This document shows positions 26,602-28,389 of a stretch of 28,389 nucleotides of DNA, piece by piece (position 1 is the stretch's first letter; the number at the start of each line of letters is the position of its first letter). The DNA lies in the IMG/VR virus record IMGVR_UViG_3300032266_000539, positions 1 to 28,389 of that record; one strand, written 5' to 3'. The DNA is from a virus (taxonomy: Duplodnaviria; Caudoviricetes). The position numbers and the translations under genes were made by a program. The notes under the pieces are model-generated. The model did no database searches, was not told the origin of the DNA, and worked only from the letters and a program-made list of their open reading frames with translations.

Positions 26602-27853
26602 TCTTTACGTATGACCGCTGATAATTAGTAAGAATGGGTTTAATTGGAAGAAGATTATCAATAATGTTTAGAGCGTTTTTTACAGGGGTTTCGCCAGTAT
26701 TATCTACCCATTCGTAATCATCAAAAATTATTACGCCATTATCCTTAAGCAAATAGAAAGCAGCCAACGCATCGGAAATAACAATATCAGTTGAATGATT
26801 ACCATCGATATAGATGAAATCGAACTTCTTTTGTTCTTTCAATAGCGAAGGCAAAACAACACGACTATCGCTTTGATATGTCATAATTTTTTCGCCATTT
26901 TTAGACAAAGCAGTGTTTTTAACATAACACTGCGCTAGCCTATTTTTAGGAGCGCCTGGATGCTCTACCCAGTCTTCGAATGTATCGATTACAGTGAGCC
27001 TAGCGTTTAAATTTAAGAGTATATTATCAGACATCCAACATGTAGATCTACCTTCATACGCTCCAATTTCTAAAATTTGAATTGGGCCATTAGTATCGAT
27101 ATTAGCTAGCTTGAATGTTTCGAGCCAATGAGGGATATGTTGAGTAAACATATCCAACGTGAAATTATAGTCAACCTTCGGAGGAAGCGATTCTTGATCT
27201 TCAATGCCACTCAAAAATTTAGGAAAATAATAACGGTTCGTTGTATCAGGCTTATCAAAATTGAAAGACTTACGATGTTCGCCAATTTCTGAGATAACAA
27301 CAGAAGGATCAACAGTTTTCAATTTCATATTAAACTTATTTTTAAGTCCAAGAAGACCATCAATTGGCATCTGAATAAGCTTTGTTTCCTCGAGTTGATC
27401 GAGCATCATTTTCGCAGTAGCTGGCGTTATAGCGTAAGCATGAGCTCCATTATAAAACTCTACGCCGATGTAATCGAACTCTTCGTTGATTGGATATACG
27501 TAATCATTCCTATGGAAAAGCCTTGGCCCGAGGAATAAAATTTCTCCGTCGTTGACTTCTATGTTATTGTAATCACTCATTACAATACAATCGTGCTCAA
27601 GCACGACACCAACTTCGTTTGACTCTGCTATCTTTTTCCAAATATTAAAATGACCGACTGTTCCGCAATATTCAGAAGAATATTCTGTCGTACGAATATT
27701 TAACCCAGTCATACGTGTAAGCTCTCGATTTTGCTTGCCGCAAATACCTTCAAATAGTTCTGCGTCGATATTAAAACGATCGCAACTATCTAGACATTCC
27801 TGTGCATACTTAACAGAAAGTTCTTTATCAATATACAAAATATACGTCTTCAT
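26597..27853 (-). CDS. GT25-like glycosyltransferase fused to a class I SAM methyltransferase (Methyltransf_24-like)
   Basis: N-half: C..GHF.IWKKI.E.....VLEHD, GAHAYAITP..A..ML, PID. C-half: ILEIGAYEGRST, IDTF, FDFIYIDGNHS, LLK.NGVIIFDDY.W. Confidence 0.82.
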   Translation of the reverse strand: MKTYILYIDKELSVKYAQECLDSCDRFNIDAELFEGICGKQNRELTRMTGLNIRTTEYSSEYCGTVGHFNIWKKIAESNEVGVVLEHDCIVMSDYNNIEVNDGEILFLGPRLFHRNDYVYPINEEFDYIGVEFYNGAHAYAITPATAKMMLDQLEETKLIQMPIDGLLGLKNKFNMKLKTVDPSVVISEIGEHRKSFNFDKPDTTNRYYFPKFLSGIEDQESLPPKVDYNFTLDMFTQHIPHWLETFKLANIDTNGPIQILEIGAYEGRSTCWMSDNILLNLNARLTVIDTFEDWVEHPGAPKNRLAQCYVKNTALSKNGEKIMTYQSDSRVVLPSLLKEQKKFDFIYIDGNHSTDIVISDALAAFYLLKDNGVIIFDDYEWVDNTGETPVKNALNIIDNLLPIKPILTNYQRSYVKK

Positions 27854-28071
27854 ATTGGTAACCTCGCGCCTCGTTTCAAAATATTTAAATTTTCAGCCTC
27901 AACCTGAATTTTTCCTTTAATTGCAGGATCTTTCTTAATCAGGGAAGCAGCATATTCAACTTCTAGCTTGTTTTTTTCACACCAAATTACGACAGCGTCG
28001 ATGTAGTCAATATTTTTTGTACGACAAAGCTTTTCTACATCATCAACAAAATTAAGACTCATTGGGATCAT
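27850..28071 (-). CDS. gp33: Late transcription co-activator gp33
   Basis: F...VEKL.....IDYIDAVV.WCE.N.LEVE.AA.LI....IK.KIQ.EA..LN.LK; in the 33-59-32 gene order. Confidence 0.9.
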   Translation of the reverse strand: MIPMSLNFVDDVEKLCRTKNIDYIDAVVIWCEKNKLEVEYAASLIKKDPAIKGKIQVEAENLNILKRGARLPI

Positions 28072-28255
28072 GTTTATACCCTCTCATCAGTCGAACGCCA
28101 AAATTAGCCATATCACTCGAAAATAAAATACAAAATACAATACCCATAAACTCTAAAATACTAGGAAATTTTGCTAGGTAAAGTGCACCATACAATACAA
28201 ATTGAGAAAGCACAATTATCAATACCCCAAGGGGTACATCTTTTACTTCTTTCAT
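28052..28255 (-). CDS. Small membrane protein (67 aa, two hydrophobic segments)
   Basis: ATG at 28255 preceded by GAGG, reading MKEVKDVPLGVLIIVLSQFVLYGALYL...MGIVFCILF. The longer track ORF runs through the tRNA. Confidence 0.65.
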   Translation of the reverse strand: MKEVKDVPLGVLIIVLSQFVLYGALYLAKFPSILEFMGIVFCILFSSDMANFGVRLMRGYKHDPNES

Positions 28256-28269
28256 GATATCCTCAAAAT

Positions 28270-28360
28270 TGGTAGGGATGCCAGGTTTCGATCCTGGTCT
28301 AGAACAGTCATCTACTGCTAAAGAGTTTATAAGTCTCTCTCGTGTCCAACACCCACCCCC
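28270..28360 (-). tRNA. Non-canonical tRNA(-like) gene, anticodon UAU (nominal Ile), long variable arm, encoded CCA
   Basis: Acceptor stem GGGGGTG/CATCCCT + A + CCA; T-arm CCAGG-ATCGAAA-CCTGG; anticodon loop CT-TAT-AA closed by AGAG(A)/(A)CTCT; variable stem AGCAGT/ACTGTT; reduced D-arm GTGT-TGG-ACAC. Confidence 0.75.
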
Positions 28361-28389
28361 ATAATGAATTAAAATGGCTGGCATTAAAC

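Noticed and set aside
1213-27920. Many 60-100 aa antisense or out-of-frame ORFs in the track (e.g. 1686-1871, 9816-10073, 20536-20814, 21512-21817, 24524-24817)
   Set aside because: Nested in well-supported genes, with no motifs or RBS; consistent with codon-bias shadows.
242-28255. Stop-codon reassignment (alternative genetic code)
   Set aside because: Core genes are full-length and tightly packed under the standard code; the split genes have their own RBS/start or a frame change, not in-frame readthrough.
28052-28255. Holin call for the small membrane protein
   Set aside because: No adjacent endolysin or spanin and no recognisable family motif.
28256-28384. N-terminal extension of the 110-aa ORF
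   Set aside because: It runs through the tRNA-like gene; a better start with a GAGG RBS is at 28255.
28375-28389. Possible 3' end (…ATGCCAGCCA) of another minus-strand tRNA
   Set aside because: Only 15 nt are visible at the window edge; it cannot be folded or supported.

Overview
AT-rich fragment of a large T4-like (Tevenvirinae/Kyanoviridae-grade) myophage genome, probably at a contig end because bases 1-12 are an Illumina adapter remnant. A leftward late operon encodes the baseplate: gp48, gp53, a gp27-like hub, gp5 split into two genes, a small ORF, PAAR, gp25, gp6, gp7, an expanded gp8, and a DUF4815/VrlC-like protein that is also split. A divergent rightward operon encodes gp4, gp2, a gp54-like protein, gp26, gp51 and a tape-measure-like protein with two cell-wall hydrolase domains. 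It converges on a leftward gp33...gp59-gp32 cluster interrupted by a GT25-methyltransferase fusion, a HExxH peptidase and a hypothetical gene. An unusual tRNA-like gene lies at the right end. Highlights: (1) a candidate programmed -1 frameshift joining gp26 to a start-less gp51 frame just upstream of the tape measure, with a T TTT TTT heptamer, a 7-nt spacer and a 9-bp stem, analogous to lambda G/GT; (2) a non-canonical long-variable-arm tRNA with anticodon UAU, matching AUA use in late genes; (3) genetically split gp5 and DUF4815 proteins; (4) recurrent A-N-x-S/T motifs in baseplate proteins near a glycosyltransferase-methyltransferase gene. All family calls come from motif recognition and gene order; no database searches were run.
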